DNA from: Octopus bimaculoides
Taxonomy: Eukaryota
Direction: 5' to 3'
Length of the DNA: 64,000 bases
NCBI RefSeq assembly: GCF_001194135.2
Contig: NC_069006.1
Location: 3,661,744-3,725,743, forward strand
In this document: in pieces, positions 12,888 to 26,900 of the stretch
Numbering within the stretch: the stretch's first letter is position 1
How the letters are laid out: each line of letters starts with the position of its first letter
Position numbers and translations under genes: made by a program
The notes under the pieces: model-generated
Databases searched by the model: none
Seen by the model: the letters and a program-made list of their open reading frames with translations, nothing else
Told to the model about the DNA's origin: nothing

Positions 12888-14913
12888 AAGAAATTAAAGA
12901 GAACCTGCAAGCAAGAGGTTCCTTAATGTCCTGCAGCATGTTCCAAGGTTCCAAGTTTCAGACCAAAATCTTTGCTAAAATGTGTGCCCAGATTGATAGT
13001 CACACTCTCACATTATAACTGACAAAGGGAAGGAACAACTACAGAAATGCTATTCTAACAGCTGACAGCTACAGGGTTGAAAGGGTTATTACGATGAAAG
13101 GAACGGAGAGTAAACAAATCTTTCTGCTGAGATGCAGGAAATATTTGTCAATATAGGGGACACAAAAGTTAGTTGCACAGTCAAATATACAGTACAGAGA
13201 GGTGTTATTCTCAATAGCTTGTATAGCACATCAACTACAAGGCTTAAGGAGATGGTCATCTCAAAAGCAGGAACTACAGGAGTGTCAAACTGGATGACCA
13301 AGTGATGAGATGAAGTTTACATTTGAACCAGGCCAAAGTATTATGAATACAATCTTTTTACTGAGACCACTGCAGGAGCAGTTTAGCTCAGAAGAAAGCT
13401 TTTGACAAAGTACCACAATGTGGAGTCCGGTGGTCACTTAGAAAACCTAAGTGTAGATGAATAAATTGTGAGAGCTATGCAAGCAATGTACGGGGGGTGG
13501 GGGTGCTGTGAACAAGGTAAGATAACTTAGCAACAAGTTTGGTAAAGAACAAGGTACGTGTGCACTAGTGCTTCACTCTCAGCTACATGTTATGAAACGC
13601 TGTGTTAGAGAAAACCAGCACAACTCATGCAAGCCTAGGAAAATGGAAATGAAATGCTGACAATATATATATGAGTAAATGTATGTAGATGTGTTCGTGT
13701 ATGTCATCCTCCTCCTCCTTTAACATCTGTTAAATGGTGTGTGTGTGAAGACAAAGTGCACTTTGCAAGAATATGGTTCCAGGTTCAGTCCTACTGCATG
13801 GCACATTGGGTAACTGTCTTGTACTATACCTGCAGGCTGATCAAAGTCTGACAAATGAAAATTTGGTAGATGGAAACTGAAAGAAGCCTGCCATGTATAT
13901 GTGTTTGTGTGAGTTATTTCTTTACTACCCACAAGGGGCTACACACAGAGGGGACAAACAAGGACAGACAAACGGATCAAGTCGATTATATTGACCCCAG
14001 TGCGTAACTGGTACTTATTTAATCGACCCCGAAAGGATGAAAGGCAAAGTCGACCTCGGCGGAATTTGAACTCAGAACATAGCGGCAGACGAAATACCGC
14101 TAAGCATTTCGCCCAGCGTGCTAACGTTTCTGCCAGCTCGGCGCCGAGCTGTGAGTTGTACCCTTCTTCCAGAGTGTTTTATCTAAACAGACCAGAGACA
14201 ATTAAACCAAGAACCTTAAGTATGAATGGAAGAGGTAAAGTGACAAAAAAGGGACACTTACTTGGTGTCCAGAAGGTTGATGAGCAGGAGATTGGTTTGG
14301 TGCTGGCTCCCTTTCGCGGTCTCGCTGGTGCGCTACAGCAGCTGCTTGCTGAGCCTGCAGTTGATGCTGTATCTGGAGGGCAGTCGATGCTACTGTCATA
14401 GGATGAGCAGAGGTAACAGTTACAGACACTGATGTAGCTGGCGATGATGAGGATGTGGAAGAGGACGACACTGAAGATGGACCAACAGAGCAGGGATGAA
14501 CGTTTGGACTGGAACGAGCAATATGCTGCTGTTGTTGCTGCTGCTGCTGCTGTTGTGGTGGTGCTGGTTGTTGTTGTTGTTGCTGTGGTGGCGGTTGAGT
14601 ATGAGCTTGGGCAGGGTTGCCAGGCAACAGTTGGTGTGCAGTAAGGGACTGCGCCGAGTGCTGTTGCTGGGCCGGCTGCTGAGACGTAGATTGGTGATTG
14701 ATCGACAAATTGGTTGCATGCAACGTCGGCGATGGACTCGGAGATATTGCAATCGGAGCAAAGGGGTTACGGATTAACGGCTGTGGAGGAGATGACTGTC
14801 TCCAGCCCTTCATCATCTCAGACGTCCGTGATGAAGGTGTGGGCTGGGAGAGTGACATACTGATGGAAGCAGATTTATTATGGTGACCAGACAGCACTGA
14901 AATGGCAACAGTA

Positions 14914-14951
<38 letters not shown>

Positions 14952-17900
14952 CAGCAGCAGCAATAACGATTTCAAATTTTGGTCCAAAGCCAGCAATGTT
15001 TTAGGAGATGGGGAGAGCTGATTAAATTGACCCCAGCGTTCAACTGGTACTTATTTTATTAACCCCTAAAAAAATGGAAGACAAAGTCAACGTTGATAGC
15101 ATTTGAACTCAGAACATATAAAGCCAGAAGAAATGCTAAATATTTTGTTCCATGCATTAATGATTCTGTCAGCAATAAGAAAGGTTTGAAATTTTGCCAC
15201 AAGGTCAGCAAATTTGGTGGTGGAGGTCAGTAAATTACCCTGGCCCCAGCACTTGACTAGTACTTATTTCATCAACCCCAAAAGGATGAAAGGCAGTTCC
15301 ACTGCACACCACCCAGGGTAAGACTCTCCTACTCTAGCATTGAGCTAACCAAAACGTATTTGTGTGGGTATATACATGTATGTCTGTCTGTCTGCATGTG
15401 CTTATTTCAATTTGCTATAAACAGTGCTGTTGTTATTTCAACAGCCAACCAATCATCTGCTGGTTCTGCACCTTCAAAGATCAATGGACAGGTAAAGGAT
15501 AGCAGGAGGAAGGGTATTCAGCTGTAAAACAAGGCCCCAACAATATACATTTATCCACACCATCTTAGCATGAAAAAACAGGTGTAAAATGGAAGAGAGT
15601 GGTATTCATCCAGCCCACTGCTGAAACCCATCTTTAAAATGAAACCTAGCTGAACCAGTGGTGCAATTTCAACACAGAACCCAGAAAGACTAAGGAAATA
15701 CTGTGATCCTCTCCTTTTTATTCTGGCTTCTTTTCTCTGAAGATGCTCTCAATTGTCAGCTTTAACCCTTTAGCATTTAAACCAGCCATATCTGGTCCAA
15801 ATATTCTGTTTTATTTTCAAGCAAACCAGATCCACCCTCTCACACCTACCCAACAATATCTTTCTAAAAATAAACAATCACATCTTCAAAATTCTGACGC
15901 TACAAGATAAAGCATAATTAGCTTAAAACAATGTGAATAAATGTCACATCTCACGGAGTAATCTGAATGCTAAAGGGTTAAACTCGAAGCAAATCACTCA
16001 AAAGCGAACAAGACTAATAAACCAACAATCAATACCTTTATGTTGCTGCTCAGACACAGAAGATTGCTGGCGACTGAATTCAGCCTTCATTCGCAATCTC
16101 TCAGAAGTATCAGGTCCTATTGTAGTTGCAGATTCCAGTGAAGCTCTCAGAGGGTTGGGTACCTTCTCAATTGGCTGCAAAATGAAAGAGAAAATATTTT
16201 GATGAACAGAGAAAAGACACAAATTTGAAGTGATCTAAATTAAAACCTATCAAAATTTCATGTTACTTTTATTTTACTAAATTCTTCATGATTTCAAAAT
16301 TAAGTGAAACGAAGTCAGTATGTTTCAACAGAAATATGGTAACGAAAGGGCTAAAGTGACCTAAATTAAAACCGTCCATAAAAATTTCATGCTAATTTAT
16401 ATTCCAACACCAGATTAATAATAAGTTATTTTAATAAATTCTTTATTATTTTCAAAATTAATTGAAACAAAAGGCAGTCTATTTCAACAGTTATGTGGTA
16501 ATGAATAGATTAAGCAGAAAGAAGTACTTTTTAGCAGGCTTCTATCGACGACTATTGACTTGCCGTGATCTTAGACTTAGTCCAATATAATAATATAAAC
16601 TCTGAGGGAAATAAAACATAAGCCCAACACACAAGCCTTACCTGGCCTTTAGGACTTGTTTCCTTAGAAGACACAGGTTGTGGTTGTATTTGGACAACAC
16701 CCACCTGGACACCAGGGTTGGTCAGTGCATGCAAGACCGTGGGAGATCTTTTGCACATATCCTGTCCGATAAAAGAAGGTGATGTCGTCGTCATTGGTCG
16801 CGGACTATTCACTATTGACTTGTCAATAGTGTGAGCAGCAGCAGCAGCAGCAACGGCAGCAGCTGTCGTCGTTACTACACTGTAGGGTCCTGAGCCACTG
16901 GGAGATGAAGAGAGGTCTCGGCTGCCAAGTTCGGTTTTCAAATTAATGGAAGGCGGAACTGCTTGATGAGAAACTCCTGAATAGATGTGTGACGTGGGGC
17001 CTGCCACGGTGGACGGGGTGCTGACGTGAGGGGAAGACGAGCGTGATCTTTCCGACACCTGGTCATAGAAACCATGGGTACGCTGTATGAGGTTGCTGAC
17101 CATAGATTTATGCGGCATCGGGTGCTCTGAATGTTGTGGCTGGTGTGACATTGGTTGCGTCAAATGGATCACCCCACCATGAACAGATTGGGAACCTGCT
17201 CGAGATGTGACAAGGCTCTCTGAAGAGACTGATGGTCCGGTCCTGATGTTTGAAACAGGGTCAGATTGATGAGGGAATTTTTTAGAATCGGTTGTCAACT
17301 GATGAATAACAGCAGTATGTTGCTGCTTGTTCATGTCCTTAAGGGGTTTCAAAGGTTCGACTTTCTGTTTGAGAGGTTCTGTAGAATGTTTCAACGACTC
17401 CATTTGTTTCAGGTTGTCCTTGGGATGTTTACTTGCATCGTGCTGATTCTTCAACATGTCAGGAGTATGTTTGGGTACTTCAAGGACTAAAGGTTTCCCT
17501 GGCATCGGAGCCTGTTTCTCCAGAATCATACGAACAGTCTCCGACATATCCATTGCGTGTTTGGAAGGTTTCTCATCGGCTTGTTTCAGGATGGCCTCCA
17601 TCACAGACTGTTTCGGTGCAATGGTTTCACTTCCTGGTCGTTTGGTCAAATCAATCGATATTTTGTTGAGTTCTGCATGTGGTTTACTTTCGTGTACAGT
17701 TAGCTTGCTAATGTTAATTGGCATTGATGAATAATGGACTTTATTTATTTCTGATGGTCTTGGAGAAGCATCGGGTACTGAAGAGATAACGGCGGGACTT
17801 GAAGACATCACTGCTGACATCGGCATTAACTCAGACTGGGTTGCTGAAACAAAATGAAAACAAAATAAATTAACAAAGAAATAATTATCAGATGACAAAT

Positions 17901-20900
17901 TCTGTAATATTCAGAAATCCTCAACTGAGACACTCCTATCCCCACTCCCCCAACACCGACCTTCTCTGGCTGCCCCGCCTCTCCCCACCATATCTACCAG
18001 ATTTGATGGCACAAAAGATACACTTTTCTTTTTCAAAAAACACTCTAGGTCTTATATGTAAAGACTCCCATAAACTTCAATGCATTTAAAACTATTTTTT
18101 CCTGACTGTGCACTGCTGACATTGGAGTGCTTGTCTCACATGCTATTCAATACAGTAACTGACTGACACTCAGTCTAGTCAAACAACTGGAAAACTGATT
18201 ACACATTTGGCTCTCACTAAATCTTCCAGCAACACAAAGCTACAGATTATTTCAGGGCCAAAAGATCCAGGCATAACAGAAAGGTACCAACCCTCCTTGC
18301 TAACAAGTGTGTTGCCAATTTATTTATTTATTTTTGGTTTACTGGCTCAAAAAGGAATGTGAATTACAATGTAGCTGAGGTGAAACATTTAGTGATCAGA
18401 AGCCATGGAGTTTGTACAAAGCATGGGTTGCTGCTTCAGTCTCTGTGGCTGTAAACAGGCCCCACTCCTATTTCATGGTCCAATGGTCAGCAAGATGAGA
18501 ACAATCATACAATTTACAATAAAACCACCCTGACGAGAGCGAGCGGTTAGCAAGTGGCATCAATCATTACAGGCTTCTTGGCTAAAACCACACTTGCAAT
18601 GATATTACGAAAACACGGAGATTAAAGAGCTTTGAAACGAGAAAGGAGGGAGGGAGGAAAAGAGAGGGAATGGCAGCAAGCAAATCCACTCACAAGGCTT
18701 AGGTCAGCTTGAAGCTATAGCAGAAGACATTTTCCCGTGCTGGGACTGAAACTGGAACCATGAGGTTGGGAAGCAAGCTTCTTACCACACAACCACTCTT
18801 GCACCTATACACACACACACATCTGAAATATAAGTTGTGTGGGCCTGACAACTAATATGATGCAATCTTGTTGGCTTCAGGATATATACACCCTCTAATG
18901 GAGATATATTGACAACAAACTCTTTATAGTAAAGCTGGAATAGTCCAATAAACAGACCTATATACCATTTAATTATGATTAACATTACAATTATTTACCA
19001 AGAAACTCTAATCTACCTAAACAAAGAAATGAAAGCTCGTTGCCCCACTTACCTGCTTGAGTTGGAGCATGTAAAGCTGCCACTAGTGACCCTGTCATAT
19101 TCCGATTGTGTGGCACGACTCCCTGAGGAGTAGACAGCGCACTTCGGATTAACTCGGTGCTACGGCTGCGACTTCGAGACTGACGAGAGCGGTTAGCAGT
19201 GGCATCAATCAGTACAGGCTTGTTGGCTAAAGTAGAACCTACGGACACTTGCTCCACGCACTGGATCACATTGGTCGTAGGGATTGCTGTCACTTCGTTC
19301 TCACTGTCATGCTGCTGTGATTTTCTCGGCATTGTAGAGTCAATTACACTTTCAATGCTCTTGCATGGTGGTGCTTCACTTGACACAGCAACCTCACTCA
19401 ACACTACTGCTGCTACTGATGCTGCTGTCGGCAAGGAACATTTGCCTACTGCAGAAGTCATGGCTGGTGCTGTAGTAATGGTTACTGATAAAGGTTTCGC
19501 AGCTGTCGACATTGGTGAGGTATCGGAGAGATGCACTCTTGAGGTGGAAGCTGCAGGACAAGTTGTCGTCATCGTCGTTGTCATCGTCTGCTCCACTGAG
19601 GGTTGCTGCTCACTCAAACTTTCGCTTGCCTCACTAACAATGGGAGTTATAACTTCTAGTTTCGACTCGGGACTCTCAGTTGGTGGAGTAAAAGTGATGT
19701 TCAACTCGGGAGGCACCGGTTTGGAGCAAACATCTTCTTGCATTGCTGTTGTTGTTGTCGTCGTTGTTGTTGGAACTGGAGTTGTGGCAGAAACAGCCGG
19801 AACGACAGTGATGGCTGAAACCTTCTTCTTGCGGCCTTTACCACGCCGTGTAACAATGATTGACTCAACAACCGCTTGTGGAGGACAGCCTGGTGAGCTA
19901 TTTGCTTTCTTATTTTCTGTTAAATCTTCTTCCGGATTAGCAGACAGTGCAAGGACATCATTTTCTATGGGATCTGCTCTAAGAGTTACCTTCAGTGAAG
20001 GTTTTTCTTCTTTTGTGCTCTTAGACACAGTATCCAGGCTCTTGATTTCATCCTTTTTTGCTGACCGAGTAACCAGAGGCAGTTTTTCCAGCTTCACAAC
20101 AGGTGAGCCTACTTCTGTTGTCTTGGGAGAGGATGATGCTACAACTGCAGCAGCCTGTGCCTGAGCTTGTTGTCGCGTCGCTTTCGGAGATCTCGTCTTG
20201 GGGGACGCTATGCGGGTACGCGGGGAAGTGGTTCTTGGCAACATGCCAGAATCCATAGCTTTATAGTTAGGCTTCCTTCCTCTACGTGAACGTTGGTACT
20301 CCACTTGATTCTCTAGCTTACTACTTTCATCAATGTCTAAAGATGGAATTACAGTGCTCTTCTGAGCATCAACAACAGAAGACTTCTGGTGAGTAGAGAC
20401 GCACGTCTCTGACACTGTATTTTCCACTTTCAATGAGTGGTGGTCGTCTTTAACATGGCGTTCAGGTCGTGGAACACTACGTACCGTTTCCAGCTTGGGC
20501 GTATCAATTTCTTCATCATCATCTTCGTCAAAGTCAAAAACATCCTTGGCCTTCTGATATGCCTTTTCAGCTGTGTCTTCAACAGCAGAAACATTATCAG
20601 TAGACTCCTCTGTAGGGGGGCCTCGTCGAAGAGTGAATCCACGTGTTCTATTACGTCGGTTTGTCTCCTTCTGAAAACGGATTGGTGGTATTTCAACTTT
20701 CTTCTCTTTAACTTTTTCTTCGACTAAAGGCAACTTCAAAGGAGGCTGCAGCGGGGCTGCAACGGGTTCAATACTTAGATTGTCTAAAAGCTGATCTTCC
20801 TCAACAGGAGCTACTGAGATTTGTTTCTCTTCTTCGAATTTGGACGCACGAGTGCGTCGACTACTTGCCGGAGTAGAAGTGATGTTGACATTAGCTGTAA

Positions 20901-23900
20901 CAGTCCCAGCTGAAATACTGGTCTTACCACGGTTACGTTTAGGGTACTCACGTACTGGAGTCAGTGTTATAGACTTCTTTGTCTCCAGCTCTGATACTGA
21001 AGGCTTCATATCTGGTTCCTCCTTCTGTGGAGACACTTCCTTTAATGGGACGTTGCTACTGACGGGCTCTGGCACGTGGCCAATGTCGTCTGGAAACTCT
21101 GCCTTTATCAGATTAGCAACAGCGAGTGCTGTTATATCTGTGGAAATGTCTTCACTGATCTCACATTTAACAGATGTCTGATCTGAGCTAGGTTGGGCAG
21201 GTATTGCAGAAGTAGCAGTCCAAATAGTCTTCAACTCCTCACTTACTTTCTCAACTACAGGAACAATGGCAGCGACAGCAGCAGTTGCTGCTGCTGCTTG
21301 CTTCCTGCTGTTCCTTCGTTGCCGACGTTTACGACCTTTCGGTTTCTCTTCTTCTAACTTTAACGGTTTCTCGATGGTTTCCACTTTGTACTGCTCCTCC
21401 CGATCCTGGTCACCGTCAATCTTCTCCTTCTTTAAAACAATTGACAAAGAAGTCAGCTCGTCTTTAATAGCTTCAACAAGCTCTTCAGCTTCTTCCTCAT
21501 CTTTCTCTTGTGATGACAGTTCAGATTCAACACGAATCTCCTTCTCTCGTAAGATTCCTTCTATTGTGGCATCTTCATCAATTTCTTCTTTCAATTTCAG
21601 TGGATATTTGGCAATTGCATTTTTGGAGTCCAGAGGTGAGGTAGAACATTCTAGTTTTGAGCTGTCCAGAAAAGTTTTATCTTTCATAACTGGTTCCTGT
21701 TCATTTTTGATATTGCTCTCAACCAAATGCTGATTCATAAGTTTCAGTTCAGTCGAGCGTGGGTACAGTTTGGGTTTTACATCTTCCAGTTCATCTTCAA
21801 ACTGGTAACAGTCAAACAGACTGCTTTTAAGAGATTGGTTTTTGATATCGAAATATTGCAAGGACCCAAGTACTTCTGGTGAACGTGAACTTGTATCTCT
21901 GATTAAAGACCGAGAAAAGATGCCATCTTTTTTCTTGTCAGGATCCCGACGCGACACACGACATTTCCTCTCTTTTTTCTCTCTGTGTCGACCTTTCCGC
22001 CCTGATCTTCGCTGAGAGATGGGTTCTTCATAGTCGAGGCCTATGTCAGCAGGAATGCTGGTCATATCAATTTCTTTCCACACATGAATAGAATCCAAGT
22101 TCTCCTGATCGCCAATAACCATTGTAGTTCTTGACTCGACAAACTCACTGTCGTTAATAGGACTCCCTTCGAGTTTAGTTTCAATGTTTTCCTTGGATTT
22201 TTCACAAGTTTCTTTCTCACTTTTTGATTCAATTGCAGTGTTGGTTTTAGCAAGGCTGTCTTCTGAAACCTCTTTGGTTTTCAAGGCCTTCACATCAATA
22301 TGTAAATATGAAGGGAGATCAGGGTCCTGGTCACTAACACTTTCCTCTGATTGCTTCTCAGGCAAACATTCAAATTGTTTCTCTTCTGTTACATTGTTTG
22401 GAATCTCATTAACTGGACTAATTTTATTAGAAAGAGGAGAATCAAAGTCCTCCAAAACTTGGTAATTGATTTGAGGGTCAAGAATTGTTTCCTGACTGTC
22501 CTCGTCCTTGGCTTCAATCTCGCAGCTGGTCAATGGAGTGGCTGTAGTAGCAATGCCAATTTCTTGGTTATCGTCTTTCAGATCAAAACCAGTTTTCGTT
22601 TCTTCATCATCCGGTTTCAAGCATACATCTTCTAATTCAACATTCAGAGACATTTTCTCTGTCGTCACTTCTTCTGCATCATTTTCATCTTCCACTTCAT
22701 CTTCATCAATCCTCAGTGCGCCCTCATCGCTGCTATCACAGTCATCAGATAACTTGCTAGATAATATATCTTTACTAGAGTCCAGTTTACCAAAACCAAG
22801 AACAGATTCCATCTGTTTGCAGACAGAACTATGGTGATTAGTCATTTCTATAAATGGACTGGCCAGTTTTGGCTGGTTAGTTAATGGTTCAGATTTTGGG
22901 CTGGCTTTAGGAGCAATGATTTCTTCAGTGGTTTCTGTCTTTGCAAAGTCTTTCTCCTTCGGCTCTGTTAATGGAGAATTCAGGTCTACAACGGTCTCGT
23001 TGTCAGAAATGGAGTCGATATTTAATTTACTACTCGACACAGAAGAAACTGGTAGCTCAGTTTTATCAATTACTTTATCATCTTTATCAACAGAATTATC
23101 ATCATACCCACAGATATCACTGGTATCAATAACTAATTTATCTTCCTGTTCGTCAACATCCCCAAAGCTACCGTCTTTTGCATCACTCAAATCTCCTGCA
23201 GCATTGTCTGTTTCTGTAGAAGAACTTGCAGCAGAGTTCACATCAGCTTCTTCTGACCAAGAAAAGGCTACGTTCTTGTGTTTGTTCCGCCGTTTGCCCA
23301 GACTAGACTTCATAGTCGTGCAGATGGTGCAACATTTGGAAGGTTTTCTACAAATAGTTTCGATATCAAAATAAGTCTTCTTTTTCTCACAAACAATCCA
23401 ATCTTGGAGCCGAGAAATTTTTTCAGTAGCTTTCCGTGTTCCATCAAAGTTGGACACAACTTCGTCATGTTTTTGATCTTCGTTGCATTCATTAACTTTT
23501 TGGTGATCACAAGGAACTTTTTGGTGATCAGAATGAATCTTTTGGTGATCAGATTTTTTGGAATCATAAAATTCTTCAAAATTCAGTTTATCTTGTTCAT
23601 CAAAATCATATACATCACCATCAGTCTTCTCAACAGCTTGTTGCTGCTGTTGCTGCCGACGTGACAGTGGTGGTTGTTGTTGCTGTTGTTGTTGAGGGAA
23701 GTGCTGTTGCTCTTGGTGATAGTGATTATGCTGCTGTTGCTGCTGCTGCTGTTGTTGGTTCTGTTGAAAATGCCGAGGTTGCTTGTGATGTTGTTGCTGC
23801 TGATATTGATGCTGCTGTTGCTCATCATCATCATCATCGTCATCTTCTTCCTCCTCCTCCTCCTCTTCTTCTTCGTCGTCTTGCTGCTGCAGCTCTTCTC

Positions 23901-26900
23901 GTTCTTGTTGCATCTCTTGGTTTTGCTTGTCTTCTTGTTTCTGTTGTCTCTCGTCATTATCATCATCTTGTTCTTGTTCTGGTTGCCGTTTCTCTTGCTG
24001 CTGCTGCTGCTGCTGCTGTTGATGTTGTTCTTGTTGCTCTATAGAATGGGACTTTGAAACGTCGTCGTCATAAATCTTCTCCTCCGAGAGGCTCATATCA
24101 AAGCCGGGCATCTTTTTGCCAATCTTCTTCAGCAGCATGGCATCCAGTCCATAAAACCTCTGCTCAATCTTTTCACAGATCTTCTTATTCATGTCAGAGT
24201 TATTCAACAGTTTTTCACTTTTATGCGGAGAATGCAAGCTGTAAACCTTCTTGGATCGTTCGATGAAGTTGAACTTGGTTTTCATCTTACATTCTTTCTC
24301 ACTGAACAGTTTCGAGGATTTCTCAGGGCAGATTATGTTGTAGACATCGTCAGATGCATCATCAAAGTCATAAATGTGATGACCAATGTTGCGATTCGTG
24401 TCTGTGTGGCTACCCTGTGTTTTGTCTATGGGGCTAGGGTTACTGGTAGAGATTTTATTGCAGGGCTCATTGTCGGTAAGCTTGTTCTCCTCGCTTTCAC
24501 ACACAATAAGTTTATTGCCATCACCTTCACCACCATATTCACTCAAGTCAAAATTATAGATCATTGCATTTCCTTTCTTCATGTTGTCGGATGGTGCTGA
24601 CAGTTTATCAACTGAAGACGCATTGTTCTCTTTATCGGAAACAGATTTCTCTTCTGAGATTTCTTCTTTATTTTCGCTGGTCACTTCTAGAATTTTGCTC
24701 TTGTCCAATTCTTGGACAGCATCAGGAGTGTCGAGTGACAGGACTGAATCACAGCTCTCCTTCAGCAACAAATACGGAGTATCGAGTTTGAAGTTTTTCA
24801 TCAACTGTTTTCTAACTTTAATTTCCAGCCAGTCAGGTTTTATCTTATCAGAATTACAGTCAGTATTTGGTCTTTTGGCATCAATAAACACCTCAGATAC
24901 ATTCTCCCCCAATTCTTTAACAATGTAAGGATTATCGATGTCTTTGATGCCCAACGGTACATGGCTTTCAATTTGGACAGACTTTTCTTTGATGCCATCT
25001 AAATCAGTTGGTTCGCCTTGCTCACCATTGGGCTGTTCTACTTTTTCATTGAAACCAATTGGGAACAAAAGAAATTCCGGTGCCTTTTCACAAACGTTCT
25101 TGGAAAGAAAATCAGAAACGGTTTTCTTAACTTTCTCTGTCTCATGAATTTTCTCAAATTTCTTTATTTGTTCAGAATCTTGAATTTTCTCTGTGATGTT
25201 TTCTGATTTCTCAAAATCATAAACATCTTCCACCCCATGTTCTACTTTATCCCCATCTCCTCTTTCCTCCTCCTCCTCCTCCTCTTCAGCTTCGGTCTTC
25301 TCCAGTTTCACACATTCTTCCTTTGTGTCTTCCATTTCACTCTTCACAGTTTCGCTCTCTCCACTTTCGAAACCACTTTGCTTCGCTTCTTTCTCGCTGT
25401 CATCGACAAAGTCAGTTGCGCTTTCTTTCAGATCTTCACATGAAGACGTTCTCTTAATCTTCTGTTTTATCTCGGGATCCACATCAATGGTCACCTGATC
25501 TTTGACTGGCAAAGATTCCACCTTTACTGAATCTTCTTCTGCCTTCGGGCTGACTAAACCACCAAAGTCTTTCACTGTTAGAGACTTCACGTCAGTCTGT
25601 TCCTCTTTCGGTTCCTGCTCATTGGCAAAAATCTCATCCTCGTCTTCTTCCACCAGTGGCATTTTCAATACATTCTTTTTAGAACTTTTCTTTGACTTGG
25701 TTTCATGCTTTTTCTTTTCTTTCTTCTTTTTCTTCTTGCTTTTGTTTGGTTTGCTCAACACATCTGGTGGTTCCTCTTCCGTATCAGCATGGTGGCTCTC
25801 TTCAGGATCTTTTGTGACCGCTTCGCCTTGATTAACATCCAAAAACAGACAGTCTTCAGTCTTATGAGAGAAAACTTCTTTGTTGGATTTCCGTTTTGCA
25901 AATGGTTTCACATCTTCTAAGTCAGCTGCCACTGTGTCATCGGCGTCATTGTCGGACACTGCACAAGTGGCAGAAGGTAAAGTGGATGTTGTCAAAGTTG
26001 TGACCTCGCCAGAAGGACTTTCAGTAGTGATAGTTGTTGTAATGGTGTTTGTGGTCATTGTTGTAGTAAAAGTGAGTTGTTCTACCTCAGTTTTAACACT
26101 TTCGCCTCCGCTGGGGTAGTTTTCTTCAGACTTTACAGGGAAATAATCTTCACAAGGCATGTCCATGTATTCCATATCCGTTCCTTCAGCTGTCAATGGG
26201 TTTATATCAGAGCTTTCAGGAAGGCTGCTATCGAATGTTGCTAAAGACTTTAACACACCTTTTTCTTCTTTGCTCACTTTATTGTCGGTGGATCTTTTTG
26301 ATTTCTTCTTCTTCTTCTCAGATTTTTTCTTCTTTTCCTTACCAGAAGACTTCTTGCGGTTGGTCTTCTCACTTTTCTCAATTGTAGCTTCATCTTGGCT
26401 GTCTTTTCTAGCATCGCCAGAACTACTTCTCTGTTCTTGTAAAATCAACAATGAACTGCTTATTCTCTCTTTCGGTAATTTTGATGGAAGTTCTTTGTAG
26501 TCTTTCTCATCTGGATCGCTATCGGACGACACATCAAGGACAGTTTTAGGCTTTTTGTGCAGAGGTCGAGTTTTAGGAGAGGGTTTCTTTGATTCCCGTT
26601 TACTCGGCATAGGCACAAATGTAGGGGGTTCTTCTTCAGACGAAGAACTTTCAATCACGTTGCGTTTCTTCTTCTTACTTGAAGTCTCATCTTTCTCTTC
26701 GATTAATGTTTCCTTTTTAGAAGCCACAAAAGACGTACTTGTACTGCTTTCGTCGTCAGTGTTTTGTACACTACTTTCTGTCTCGTCACTGCGGCTTGGC
26801 TTACTGCCCCTCTTTTTGCGTGTATTCTTCAGTTGATTCAATTTCTTCCTCATGTCTTCCATTTCTTTGTCCTTGTTGTTGCAGGATCTCCGCTTCACCT

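Noticed and set aside
13916-14149. A/B-box sequences as true tRNA genes
   Set aside because: No convincing cloverleaf or anticodon arm; they continue into repeated SINE bodies present in many copies.
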